DNA of 64,000 nt, taken from the human T2T-CHM13v2.0 reference genome, Homo sapiens. Position numbers and translations under genes: made by a program. This document shows positions 29,640 through 43,750 of this stretch, piece by piece; the stretch's first letter is position 1; each line of letters opens with the position of its first letter. The stretch lies in assembly GCF_009914755.1 (NCBI RefSeq), contig NC_060933.1; one strand, 5' to 3'. Below the pieces are notes generated by a model, which was not told the DNA's origin, searched no databases, and saw only the letters and a list, made by a program, of their open reading frames with translations.

Positions 29640-30346
29640 TGGCTATTGTTAAAAAGTAAAAAAATAACAGATGCCAGCAAGGTTGTGGAGAAAAAGGGAC
29701 ACTTTTACACTGTTGGTGGGAGTGTAAATTAGTTCAACCATTGTGAAAGACTGTGTGGCGATTCCCCAAAGACTTAAAGACAGAAATATCATTTGACTCA
29801 GCAATCCCATTACTGGGTATATACCCAAAGGAATATAAATCATTCTATTATAAAGACATATGCACGCATATGTTCACTGCAGCGCTATTCACAATAGCAA
29901 AGACATGGAATCAACCTGAATGTCCATCAGTGACAGACTGGATAAAGAAAATGTGATACATATACACCATGAATTACTATGCAGCCATAAAAAGAACAAG
30001 ATTATGTCCTTTGCAAAGACATGGATGGAGCAGGAGGCCGTTATCCTTAGCAAACTAACACAGGAACAGAAAACCAAATACCACATGTTCTCACTTATAA
30101 GTGGGAGCTAAATGATGAGAACACATGGACACATAGAGGGGAACAACAGACACTGGGTCCCACTGGAGGGCAGAGGGTAGGAGGAGGGAGAGGAGCAGAA
30201 AAAATAACTAATGGATACTAGGCTTAGTACCTGGGTGATGAAATAATCTGTACAACAACAAACCCCCATGACACACGCTTACCTATGTTAAAAACTGCAC
30301 GTCCTGCACATGTACCCGTGAATTTAAGATTACAGTTTAAAAAAAT
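29640..30346 (+). mobile_element. 5'-truncated older L1PA (roughly PA13-16) 3' end
   Basis: ORF2 C-terminal remnant ([14 protein letters not shown]), 3'UTR, A-tail, TSD ttacattc. Confidence 0.88.
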
Positions 30347-30369
30347 TACATTCTTAACCATAATAACAA

Positions 30370-30966
<597 letters not shown>

Positions 30967-31823
30967 TCACAGAACGACCCTGACAAATCAGAGCCTCAAG
31001 CCCACAGTGGGGGCAGCATGCAGGGGGCAGCTTGCAGGTGGATTTAAACCACAGTGACAGTGTGGAAACTAAGCTGATGTCCTGGACTAGTGAGGGCTGT
31101 GGGGCTCAGCAAAGTAAAATCAAAACCACTCCCAGATATCTCCATGGGCTGGGGATGGAAGACACATGTGAAAACCTCCTTTTGTTGTAAATGAGCTCAT
31201 ATCCCCGAATTATGAAGCATGAAAGTAAAAACACTGCCATAAAGGAGCATCATTGGATTAAAAAAAAAAAAAGGAAATAACCAAAGGAAAAGAAAAGGCT
31301 CTTATTTTCATAACACAAAATACTCACTTCTAAATACCTGGATAAAAAAAAGAAACCTTAATGATAATGACAAAATCTATATGCAAAATGTTTCAACCCA
31401 AGAAAGTAAAACAACAAATAATCACCACCAACAACAAATAGCCCAAAGTAAATCCAAAGAAAATAATAAAGATAAAAGCAAAAATGAATGAAACAGGCAA
31501 ACTTCTTAGAATTGAAATTTGATCCTTTAAAAAAACTATCTCTGATAAGGTTGATTAGAGAGAACAAATAAACAACACAGAAAAGGGGAAATAATTCAGA
31601 TATAATATTTTCAAAAATATAAGAATAGTAGAGCTATCTCTAAGCTCACGATTTTGGAACCTTAGTTATTAAAGGAAAGAGGTATGACTGACCCGCTGCT
31701 GTCTCCTCCACATTCCCTTCACCGACTTGTTTTTTCTGGACTTTTCATCTCAGCTCAGAATGACCTTATTTTTTTTCTTTTCTTAGCTTTACTTCCATGA
31801 AACTGTTGGAGGGAACATGTGAG

Positions 31824-32322
<499 letters not shown>

Positions 32323-32364
32323 GTAAACATACATTTTTAAGGTCTATTGAGTTTGATACCTGGA

Positions 32365-32505
32365 AGGGTTGCCAGATTTAGCATAAAAGTCCTGTAACAT
32401 TAAAGTACAGGACACCCCAATTAGCAACATTTTGACCATACTTATACTAAAAAAAAATTATTGCCTATCTGAAATTCAAATGTAACTGTATATCTTGAAT
32501 TTTAT
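32365..32505. mobile_element. Second, internally deleted MER53
   Basis: agggttgccagatttagca...catacttatactaaaa...tatctgaaattcaaat. Confidence 0.75.
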
Positions 32506-33039
32506 ATGGGAACTCTAATTTTTGAGGAAGTGATCTGCTGTGTATGATTGTAGACCACTGGTGGAAGTTTCAGGGGCAGAAATGAACTTTTCTGTATCTT
32601 TAGGTTCTGGTCATGCATCTTAGAGAAGACCAGAAGCCTGAGGGGCCTGGAGTGGAATGACTTCTGCCTAGGTTTCTGGTAACGGGGCTTGGGTCCCTCC
32701 TTCATTTATTATAGAGGGCGTGAGACCTCCATAGCTCTTAGACATCTATGTTGATGAGTTAATATTAAAATCCAAATCAGATCTATTCTGTTTCTTTTGG
32801 AAGAAAGCAACTCTGCTCCGGATACTCTGACCTGCTCATCACTATTTTGCACTCTTGTCTTGATTTATTCCGTGGAGCCCAAAGCATTTCAGCACCAAAA
32901 GGAGATCTGTATACAGCTTGGGGTTTCTGACCCAAACAGGAACTGAAATGAGAGGGAAGAAATGGCTTATCTCTTTGACATCTGATATCATTTTTCAATT
33001 ATTAATCATTTTGGATTGTTAACAGCAAGAAAGAAATAA

Positions 33040-33090
33040 GGAGAGAGAGAGAGAGAGAAAGAGAAAGAGAAAGAGAGAGACAGAGACAGA
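33040..33090. repeat. (AG)n-rich microsatellite
   Basis: Visible directly. Confidence 0.85.
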
Positions 33091-33699
33091 CCCAGGCTGT
33101 ACGCTGGCTTCAGCTGTTTAACGTCTGGCTTAACTCCCATTTAAAAACTTTGTTTACCTTACCCTCCCCACCCCACCCTCTCACAAAATACTTTTAAAAG
33201 AACATTAACAGGAGGAGGATCAAGGATCTTGTTTTCTTTTCATTCTTTTTGATTTATGTGCCTTTGTCCTGAAAGCTCCTGTAATCTCCCATATCTTCAG
33301 AGCCCGTTCCCTGCTGACAGGGTGAAGCAGCAAAAACTCCCCTGGCTTTGAGATAAACCATACCAAGCTGGATCATTAGCTACACAAACTTTCTCCCTTG
33401 AATCCTCTCTTAAAATGTTTGGAACTCTAGAACTTCTTCCTTGAAAAGGAGTAAAAGCAAACATTACAGGTTATATCTTTTAGAAGCATGTAACTAGAGC
33501 TTTTTATTAACTCAAGTGGGAGTAAGACCTGGCACTGAATTGGTCTGGTAACTTCTTTCTTGCAGCAGACATTTATTGAGCTGCTACTATATGCCACTGA
33601 CTAGGGCTGTAGGAGAGGCAAAGATAAATATGGGATCATACCTACAGGGAGCTTGCTTGTAAAATAGTTGGGGACAAATGCAACTTTTGCAACCTACCT

Positions 33700-33965
33700 T
33701 TGAAGACCCCATCAGGTAACCCTGTTAGACACTCTTACAGAAGCCTGTATCTTCCTATCATTGCACATTTAAAATTGTATTTCTACATTGACTTCTGTGA
33801 TGCTAAGTTTAAAGTCTTGCTCACTCGCTAGTTTCTAAGCTCTGTGAGCTCTAGGAGGGGAGGGGCTGTGTCTATTCTGATTATTGTTATATTCTCAGCC
33901 TCAAGTTTACACATTCTAGGGAGTCATTAAGTATTGGCTGAATACCTACATTATTTGAATGAGCA
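33700..33965 (+). mobile_element. L2 3' fragment
   Basis: ctaagctctgtgag...gggctgtgtctattc...ctgaat pattern. Confidence 0.5.
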
Positions 33966-35212
33966 AACTATAATGCAAGACAGAATTTTATCCATCGGTT
34001 ACAAGTGAAGAGTGATGTGAGCAGAGAAGGGAGCAATTCACTCGGGAATGGCTTTGCCGATGTTGTGAACAAGATACAGATGAGGTGGAAGTTCTTGCGT
34101 GCTGGAGATGTGGCTGGGGTTTGTCTCACAGTGGAGGCAAGGAATTGCAACTTTTTTCTATTATTGTACACCTTGAAGGCGAGGTTAATTAAATCCTGTT
34201 GTGGGGGTTGAGGGCCGGAATTTAATTTTTGGAGTTTTATTTAATGTCGGTAGCAGATTGGGTAATAAAATGTATATTGAGAATAAGATGGCCTTTTGAC
34301 CTTTTAGGGTCTAGGGCTGTAAAGCGTCTCAGGGTTGCTGCCGAACGAGCCATGAACTGGGCTGGGTTTTTATATTTGATGAAAAAGAGCCTAAACGCTA
34401 TCTGATTTGGGATAAAGAAAAAGGAGCATTAACCTTGACTATGCCTTTAGCTCCAGCCACCTTTTTAAGAATAAATTGCTGGGCAGGTGGGGGAGGGCTA
34501 GTCACAGAACGAAACTGTAAGCCAGACCAGGTGTGAGGAGGGGAGGTGATAGAAGGATTATAGGGTGGAGGAGCAGAGGCTGAGGAAGTATTGGGACCTA
34601 GCTTGGGCTGGTGAGGAGGGTAGAGGTCAGATGGGTCTGTAGAAAAGGAAGATTAGAAAGACTCAGCGACGCTTGGGGTTGGGACTGAGGGGACAGGCGG
34701 GAGGGAAAGAAGGAAGATTTGGGACGAGTTGCACTGGGCACAGAGACTAGGAAGGGACTGATGTGTAAAAGAATGTCTGGACGTCAGGCACCTCAGATCA
34801 TTTGCCCATTTTACGACAAGAATTATTTAGATCTTGTAGGATGGAAAAATTGAAAGTGCTGTTTTCTGGCTATTTGGAACTACTGTCGAATTTGTATTGG
34901 GGTCAAGCAGCATTGTAGAAGAAAATAAGGCATTTAGGTTTTAGGTCAGGTGTGAGTTGAAGAGGTTTTAAGTTTTTGAGAACACAGGCTAAGGGAGAAG
35001 AAGGAGGAATGGAAGGTGGAAGCTTACCCATAGTGAAGGAGGCAAGCCCTGAGAAAAGAGTAGAGACACGGAGAAGGGGTGGGGGGTTCTTGCCCTCCAG
35101 AAAAGCAGAGAAGGGGTTGGGGCACGGAAATAAGAGGTCAGGGTGCAGAAATAAGGGATTGGGGCACAGAGATGAGGTTGGGGTGCGGAAATAAGCGATT
35201 GGGGGGTTCTTG

Positions 35213-35649
35213 CCCCCTAGGAAAGCGGGACTTGCCGCTGAGGGTGAAGGAGAAGGGTTTGAGGGGTACTTGCCCCTGCCCCAGGAAAATGGGACTTGCC
35301 GCTAAGGGTGAACGAGAAGGGGTTGAGGGGTACTTGCCCCTGCCCCAGGAAAGCGGGACTTGCCGCTGAGGATGAAGGAGAAGGGGTTGAGGGGTACTTG
35401 CCCCTGCCCCAGGAAAGCGGGACTTGCCGCTGAGGGTGAAGGAGAAGGGGTTGAGGGGTACTTGCCCCTGCCCCAGGAAAGCGGGACTTGCCGCTGAGGG
35501 TGAAGGAGAAGGGGTTGAGGGGTACTTGCCCCTGCCCCAGGAAAGCGGGACTTGCCACTGAGGGTGAAGGAGAAGGGGTTGAGGGGTACTTGCCCCTGCC
35601 CCAGGAAAGCAGGACTTGCCGCTGAGGGTGAAGGAGAAGGGGTTGAGGG
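35213..35649. repeat. 64-bp tandem repeat x about 7 in the HERV-H leader
   Basis: Units start at about 35213, then 35277, 35341, 35405, 35469, 35533 and 35597; near-identical. Confidence 0.95.
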
Positions 35650-35687
35650 ATAGTGAGGAAGGTTGGAGAAGAGAGTAAAAAGAGGCC

Positions 35688-35696
35688 GCTTACCGG
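35688..35696 (-). promoter_or_regulatory. HERV-H major splice donor CCG|GTAAGC
   Basis: Minus-strand AATTTCAAATCCG|GTAAGCGG, about 125 nt past the PBS. Confidence 0.8.
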
Positions 35697-35819
35697 ATTT
35701 GAAATTGGTGAGATGTTTCCTGGGCTGGTCGGTCTGAGGACCTGAGGTCGTAGGTGGATCTTCCTCACGGAGCAAAGAGCAGGAGGACGGGGGATTGATC
35801 TCCCAAGGGAGGTCCCCCG

Positions 35820-35837
35820 ATCCGAGTCACGGCACCA
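35820..35837 (-). other. tRNA-His primer-binding site
   Basis: TGGTGCCGTGACTCGGAT immediately after the LTR end. Confidence 0.93.
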
Positions 35838-35839
35838 AA

Positions 35840-36311
35840 TTTCATACGCGTCCATGTGAAGAGACCACCAAACAGGCTTTGTGTGAGCAACATGGCTGTT
35901 TATTTCACCTGGGTGCAGGCAGGCTGAGTCTGAAAAGAGGGTCAACGAAGGGAAATAGGGGTGGGGCCGTTTTATAGGATTTGGGAAGGTAATGGAAAAT
36001 TACAGTCAAAGGGGGTTGTTCTCTGGTGGGCAGGGGTGGATCTCACAAAGTACATTCTCAAGGGTGGGGAGAATTACAAAGAACCTTCTTAAGGGTGGGG
36101 GAGACTACAAAGTACCTTCTTAAGGGTGGGGGAGATTACAAAGTACATTGATCAGTTAGGGTGGGGCAGGAACAAATCACAATGGTGGAATGTCATCAGT
36201 TAAGGCTGTTTTTACTTCTTTTGTGGATCTTCAGTTACTTCAGGCTATCTGGATGTATACGTGAAAGTCACAGGGGATGCGATGGCCTGGCCTGGGCTCA
36301 GAGGCCTGACA
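35840..36311 (-). promoter_or_regulatory. LTR7Y-type 5' LTR (472 bp)
   Basis: TGTCAGGCCTCTGAGCCCAGGCCAGG start, three about 32-bp U3 repeats, TATAAAA at 35970-35976, AATAAA at 35899-35904, five CCCCACCC boxes. Confidence 0.88.
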
Positions 36312-38478
36312 GCGATCACCTGCCAGAGGATAACACCAGAAATAGACCCTGAGTGTCTGGACCTCAGAGGCCACAAGGCTCTTGTCCCAGCACTATCTGA
36401 GGGTCCTTGATTTCAAGTAGGCTCTAGCAGTCTAGTGGTCAGTGATTTCTAGTCTTTGTTCTTCTCCAATCCATAGTTTTATGCTGATTTAAATGAAAAG
36501 TGATTCCTTTTTTTCTGACCTTTTTTCTTCAACTCCCGTTTGTTCTGCCATTCTTGGTAAAACCTCTCTGGAGACCTACTACCTACTGGAACATTTCATG
36601 TGTTTTCTTCAGACATTTATCTCTTATGACTTGTGAAATAGATCTCAAGGGTTTAAAAAATATATGTCTGACATTCATGGGAAATCCATCCGTAACTCAA
36701 ATCCAAGGGCTTACTTCCTGGCCTAACCACTTGGGGTCGCTCGCCTTCCTGAGACATGCTCCTCATCCAAATCCACCACTGGCATCCTCCAGGACCCTTT
36801 ACAGGTCCGAGAACAAGGAACAGCTCAGAGGGCCAGCTCTTCAGGGCCAACTGAATGACATTTTTCATTATTAGGAGAACGGGGTGGTAGTTTCAGATAT
36901 CAGGGACCCTCAAAATAGGAAGGGTGCCTAGAGATCATTTGGTTCAATCCCTTTGGGAAAAGGTGGCCCAGAAAAAAGAAATGACCTGCCCGGTCACGTT
37001 GTGTATCACTGACAAGGTGGGGATGGGGGTACTCTGGGGAATAATTGGATGAATTATTTCAGCTTAAGGTTCCACTCTTGGAGTAAATGGAGAAATTTAT
37101 AACTGCGCGATAACACCGCCCTGACCTTCTCTACTCAGCGTGAGAATTAATTACCTGAGGCCAGTCCTATGGAACATTGTGAAGGCACGATTCAAAGACG
37201 CCAGCCAACCATCTGGCACTTGAAAGAGGCTAAGTATATGCAACTCCCCTCTTATCCTCTCTCTTTCATCACCCAGTGTGTTGAACTGAATGGCAATTTC
37301 TGTGTTTTCTCTCCCCTGTTTATTACGAACATCTCCAGGAAAGCCAGTTCCATGGACTCTCCCCATCATGGCATCGGCGGTGAGGAAGAACACTCCTAAA
37401 AGAGTGGGGGCCTGTACTGGCAGCCTAGGGCTTATCTGCAGGATGGAAAAGCTTCCAGGTAGAGCAGATGTGAGGTCTGCTCCTTTTCTTGCCTTTACTG
37501 ATTGTGAAGCTGACGGGAGTGACTTGTTTTCAGTAAAATGTGCCATCGTCTTGACACCTCCAAAAGCTTGGTAGACTCAACTCACTGGACAGAAATGCAG
37601 GGTGCTTGGAGAGATTTAGTCCCAGTGGGAGAACACATTGCTACCATTCACTGGCTCTGACTATGGAATATCTAACTCAGCCCAGAGCTGAGGGTATGAC
37701 TTCATGGGAAGCAGCTTCCCCATCTTCACTGACCTGAGCTTTTGAGAATTAACATCAAAACCCGAATCATTAGCATTGGGATTGGAAGGGCACTTTGTCA
37801 TTTTCTAGGAGAGAGTGGAATCTTCCTCCTGAAAGATTTTCCCTAATGACTACCTGCAGTCCCAAGGGTCGGTAGCTGTGTCAGGCCCTGCATGGTGTAG
37901 CTTGGAAGAGAAACTTGGCTGAGCTATGGAGACTTGAGAAGGTTCCCAAGGGTTTCCTTCTCAATGCAGTTAGGTGACCCTCTGACTTACTGTCCAAAAC
38001 GGGACAATTTCGAGAATAAAAAGGGGTGCCTCAAATGGCTCCCAGAGGTTTGAGGATCCAGGGCCCTGCCCACCTTCTGTTTCTAGGTCTGAGCCTTAGA
38101 AACAAGACACAAGACCCTAGCCCCAGAAAGATCTCAAAATCAAGGAAACTTTTCCATCAGGTAATACCGTTTTACTTGTTTGCTTATAGGACATAAGCCC
38201 ATCACAGGGCTTACCCAGCTGCCTTTGAGAAATGTTTGGGGTCACATTGGCTAAAATTAAGTACTTTGTGGTGAACTGGATTTGACTGGAACTAAAGGAT
38301 CGACTTCCAAGCTCACTCCTGTGGCTGTCGGCAGGAGGCTTCAGTTCCTTACCACATAGACCTTTCCACAGCATGAGGTGGGGACTCAGTGAAACCAGGT
38401 TCTGAATGTCAACAGAGAAAAAGACATTTTTTTTAATTGATTGATATGTGGTGGCATTTAAAAAGAATTAGCACTTAC

Positions 38479-38804
<326 letters not shown>

Positions 38805-39056
38805 TTGCTTTTCAAATTAATACACACTTACGGCAGAAAATTTGGAAAAGAGAATCACAATAAAGAAAATTAAGTCACCAGTAACCTCAACACCCACTGC
38901 TAACATGTGGATGTCGTATTTTTCATCATTAGTCATTGGGCAGCTGTCAAATTGTTGATGTGATTCTGGCAGTAGAGCTTGTAAGAATGCATTCTAAAAG
39001 CCAAAGGAAAATTCCACTACAGGTGGACCAGAAGAACATTAAAAATTTGTATTAAA

Positions 39057-39345
39057 GGCCAGGCACCATGGATCATGCCTGTAATCCCAGCACTTTGGGA
39101 GGCCAAGGTGAGTGGATCACTTCAGGTCAGGAGTTGGAGACTAATCTGGCCAACATGGTGAAACCCCATCTCTACTAAAGATACAAAAATTAGCCGAGTG
39201 TGGTGGTGCATGCCTGTAATCCCAGCTACTCAGGAGGCTGAGGCAGGAGAATTGCTTGAACCAGGAGGTAGAGGTTGCAGTGAGCTGAAATCACACCACT
39301 GCACTCCAGCCTGGGAGACAGAGTGAGACTCTGTCTCAAAAAAAA
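39057..39345 (+). mobile_element. AluS (Sx/Sz-like)
   Basis: Full dimer, TSD ttgtattaaa. Confidence 0.9.
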
Positions 39346-39359
39346 TTGTATTAAAATTA

Positions 39360-39620
39360 ATATTTTTAATTGATAAATCATGATTCTATACATTTATGGG
39401 ATACAATGCGATGTTTTAATATATGTAGACAATGTGGAATGATTAAATCAAGCAAATTTAACATATCCATCATCTTGTTTACCTATCATTTTTATGGTGA
39501 GACATTTGAAATTTATTCTCATAGTTATTTAGAAATATAGAGTACTTTATTATTGACTATAGTCATCCTGCTGTGTAATAGATCTTGAAATTTATTTCCT
39601 CTGTCTATCTGAAACTTCAG
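39360..39620 (-). mobile_element. L1MA 3' end
   Basis: tttatgggatacaatgcgatg...ctatagtcatcctgctgtgtaatagatc. Confidence 0.75.
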
Positions 39621-39919
39621 AAGAACATTTTTGACAAGGCGGATGCTAGGATTTTGGTGATTGTTATCATGCAACAAAGGTTTGGTAGAGCTTTGGTTAT
39701 ATTTTTTTCCTGATGAAACAGGAGTTTCCATGTCTAGTGATTGTGAGTGCACTGAAAACAAGAACTTTATTTTAACTTCATACCTTTCATAATTCCTGGC
39801 ACATGAATATTTGTTGAACTGAATTGAGATATACTTTCTATCATTCAAAACACTTTCATGTGCTCCAGGGTGGAAATACCACCTTGTTGCAAAGGGCCAC
39901 TACTAGTCTAATGAACCTA

Positions 39920-40425
39920 TGTATTAGTTACCTATTGCTGTGTAACAAATTACTGTTAAATTTACCAGCTTAAAATGACAAACATTTTAATATCTGCCAG
40001 GGCTCCAGTGTCTGCAGATTTGACTGGAACTAGAGGATCAACTTCCAAGCTGGAACTAGAGGATCAACTTCCAAGCTCACTCCTATGGGTGCTGGCAGGA
40101 CGCTTCAGTTCCTCACCACATAGACCTTTTCACAGCATGGCTTCCTCTAAAGTGAGTGGAGAGAGAGGGAGAGAGACAGAGAGAGAGAGAGACAGGAGAC
40201 AGAGAGAGAGAGGAGAGAGAGAAAGGGAGAGAGAGAGAGAAGACAGAGAAAGCAGCCACATGCCACAGTGTTTTTACAACTTAATCTCGGAAGGGACATG
40301 CCATTACTGCTGCTTTAATCTACTCTGTAGAAGCAAATCACCAAGTCCAGTCTACACTTAAAGGGAGGGAATTGAGTCCCATCTCTTGCTGGTAGATGTA
40401 TCAAAGAATTTGTGGACATATTTTT
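39920..40425 (-). mobile_element. MLT1 (H/I-like) LTR with internal (AG)n
   Basis: tgtattagttacctattgctgtgtaacaaattac...caaagaatttgtggacatattt. Confidence 0.75.
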
Positions 40426-40488
40426 CTTCAATTTTAAAATGTACTATCATTAATTTTTTTCTTTATTTTCAGTAGTGCGATGAGAGTG

Positions 40489-40711
40489 ATATATATATAC
40501 ATACATATATATATACATATATATACATATATATATACATATATATACATATATACATATATATACACATATATACACATATATATACATATATATACAT
40601 ATATATACATATATACATATATATATACACATATATATATACACATATATACATATATATACATATATATATACATATATATATATACACATATATATAT
40701 ATATATATATA
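40489..40711. repeat. (TATATACA)-type AT microsatellite at an Alu tail
   Basis: About 220 bp of alternating purine-pyrimidine, inside the Alu TSD gagagtg(g)atat. Confidence 0.95.
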
Positions 40712-41008
<297 letters not shown>

Positions 41009-41526
41009 GAGAGTGGATATATTTTTAAACCATTGCAATCTATACAGCTATATAGATGCCATATATAGAATCTCTAATTTATACTCCTTTCATAGTTCAC
41101 TATGTAAGTAATATAAAAATACATTCTCTATACACAAAAAGCCAAAACATTACCTATGACCAGACTCTCCTTTGATCCCTCCCCTGACACAGTTCTTGTC
41201 AGCTGAGGAGCTCTTAACTGACCAGTACTGTTACTACTATACGTCTTTCCAGATATTACACTGTGCATTTTATACTTAGAAAATATTCCATGTTTTGTCT
41301 ACATGAGTATTTATACACGTAGTGTCATACTGCATGTGCATTCTTTATCTTTTTTCACTCAACAATATACTTCAAATTTGCCCTTTTTATTTAAACTAAT
41401 ACAAGGTATTCCAGAGTACAGAAGACCAAAATCTATTTAGCGATTCTTCTATTGCTGGGCAGATAGGTTTTTTCTAGTTCTTGATATGACAAATGCTGAG
41501 GCTTGTGTAGAAGTTTCCCATGCTAG

Positions 41527-41889
<363 letters not shown>

Positions 41890-42084
41890 ATGAAGATCCT
41901 TAAAAAGGAAACAAAGAGCTAATGTAGCTTCATTCAGCTTTTTATTTTCCAGAACATATCACTATTTCCTTCCATCTTTCCTTAAGTTCTCCTGGCCAAC
42001 TCTTCAATAGCACAGGTCCAAGACCGCCATGACATAGGAATGGATGAACAGTTGATATGGATCATGCGTGGGGGATAGAAGGTG

Positions 42085-42545
42085 AACGTCGGTGAACAGG
42101 CTCGGTCATCCCCTTCCCTGAGGTGCTTGCTTCCTTCCACTCATGCCTTTGTGTGATCTCGCCCCTTAAGTATGGGCAGGGCTTCTGACTTGCTTCTGAC
42201 CAACGGAACGTGGCAAAGTCAATGGGAGGCCACTCTGTGATGACGCTGGGTTAAAAAAGACCCTGTGTCACTAGCAGATGTGTTCTGCTCTCTCTTCATT
42301 TGTTGGCTTCGAAGAAGCAAACTGCCATGGACTCAGCTGAAAGGAGTCAAATGCCTCCAACAATCACATAAGCAGGGAAGTGGACACTTCCCTGGTGGAG
42401 CCTCTGGTGAGAACCCAGCCCTGGCTGACGCATTAATTGCAGCCTGTGAGACCTTTAGCAGAAGCCCTCCTGATCCACAGAAACTGTGAGATAATAAGCC
42501 ACTAAGTTTGTTGTAATTTGTTATGGGGCATAGATAACTAGTACA
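42085..42545 (+). mobile_element. MLT1 LTR
   Basis: cacagaaactgtgagataataa...gtaatttgttatggggcatagataactagtaca. Confidence 0.7.
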
Positions 42546-42710
42546 CGCAGTCCTACTGAGATTTTCTCTCTCCCTCTTTTTTTTTTTCTATGAATAAACT
42601 CCTTTCTATTTTTGAGCTTTCCTTTCCAAGTCACACATTTTATTTCAAATAATTGATAGTTGTAATAATCAGCTTGCTGCTTGAAAATACCCGCAAGCCT
42701 CGGGGTATAT

Positions 42711-43150
42711 TGTCTTAGTCTGTTTTCTGTTGCTATAACTAAATAACTAAAAGTAGGTAACTTATAAAGGAAAGAAGGTTATTTCTTACAGTTCTAGAGA
42801 CTGAGGCTGGGAAGTCCAAAGCTGAGAGGTCACATTTGGTGAGGGCTTCTTGCTGGTGAGGACCCTCTGTAGAGTACTGAGGTGGTTCAGGGTATCACAT
42901 AGACAGAGGGGCTCACTGAGAGCCAGACTGGCTTTTATAACAGACCCACTCTTGTGATAACTTGCCTACTCCTATGATAACTCATTAATTCATTAATCCA
43001 TGAATGGATGAATCCATACATGAAGGCAGGATGGATTAATGTGCCTTCATGTCCCAGTTACCTCTGAAAGGCCCCACCTCTTGATACTGTTATATTGGGT
43101 ATTAAGTTTCAACATGAATTTGGGAGGGGACAAATATTCAAACCATAGCA
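42711..43150 (-). mobile_element. MST-family MaLR LTR
   Basis: tgtcttagtctgttttctgttgctataac...caaaccatagca. Confidence 0.8.
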
Positions 43151-43515
43151 CACACCATAGAAACTTCTTGCTCATGCATCTATAGGTCAGCCAGGATTGG
43201 TTAATCTAGGCCGGCTATTGCACTTGGCTGCAAGCTCCATGCTGAATGGGCATCTGCTCCATGAGTGTCTCATCCTCCTTGGACCAGGGGACAAGTGAGG
43301 CATGTTCTTCTCACAATGTGCAACATGCCAAGTCCAACTGTGAGGCATATTTCAATTCTTGCTTGGGTGAGGAGTGTTGACATACCATCGCTCAAAGCAA
43401 GTCACATGGCCAAGCTCAAAGTCAAGGGACAGGAAAGTATACTCCCTAGACTCCAAGGCCATGGTATGGAGCAGGTGGACTGGGGGAAGTACTGGGAGCA
43501 GTAAGTCAATCTCCC
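43151..43515 (-). mobile_element. Old MLT1 fragment
   Basis: caaagcaagtcacatggccaagctcaaagtcaaggg. Confidence 0.6.
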
Positions 43516-43750
43516 AGTGAAAAACATGGGATTTGGAGTCCAGACGACATGTGACTTCTAATCTTTCCTTCCAACATAGCCTTTAGCAAATCAACTTCTC
43601 TCTTCAGGTCCTAGTTTCCTCATCAATAATAGGGGAGGTTGTACTAAATTTGCTACAGCCTTGAAAATAATTGTTAAATATCTTCTATGAGCAATGAACT
43701 ACTTCGTGTGGTAGAAAAAAATGAGTATGAATTTACTGAGACAAAGGATT

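Larger units (their letters stand above)
35217..35945 (-). other. ESRG/HESRG-like HERV-H leader ORF (242 codons from TTG; 212 from the ATG at 35855); coding status unknown
   Basis: Translation MTLFSDSA..HPGEINS..EIWCRDSDRGTSLGRSIP..ISPISNPVSGLFL and repeated AASPAFLGQGQVPLNPFSFTLSGKSRF match my recollection of the ESRG-annotated peptide. Confidence 0.6.
34087..36311 (-). mobile_element. 3'-truncated HERV-H provirus (5' LTR, PBS-His, leader, partial gag; no pol, env or 3' LTR)
   Basis: LTR7-type LTR, tRNA-His PBS and recognisable HERV-H leader/gag sequence that ends abruptly near 34087. Confidence 0.92.

Noticed and set aside
35820-35837. tRNA-His gene
   Set aside because: Only the 18-nt 3' end including CCA is present; it is the retroviral PBS
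35217-36311. The ESRG locus itself
   Set aside because: As I recall, ESRG derives from a two-LTR LTR7 provirus and keeps the middle leader segment; this copy is truncated, deleted and LTR7Y-like, so no gene symbol is assigned
37151-37574. Cluster of overlapping 76-131 aa ORFs upstream of the LTR
   Set aside because: No homology recognised; present on both strands with no convincing exon pair
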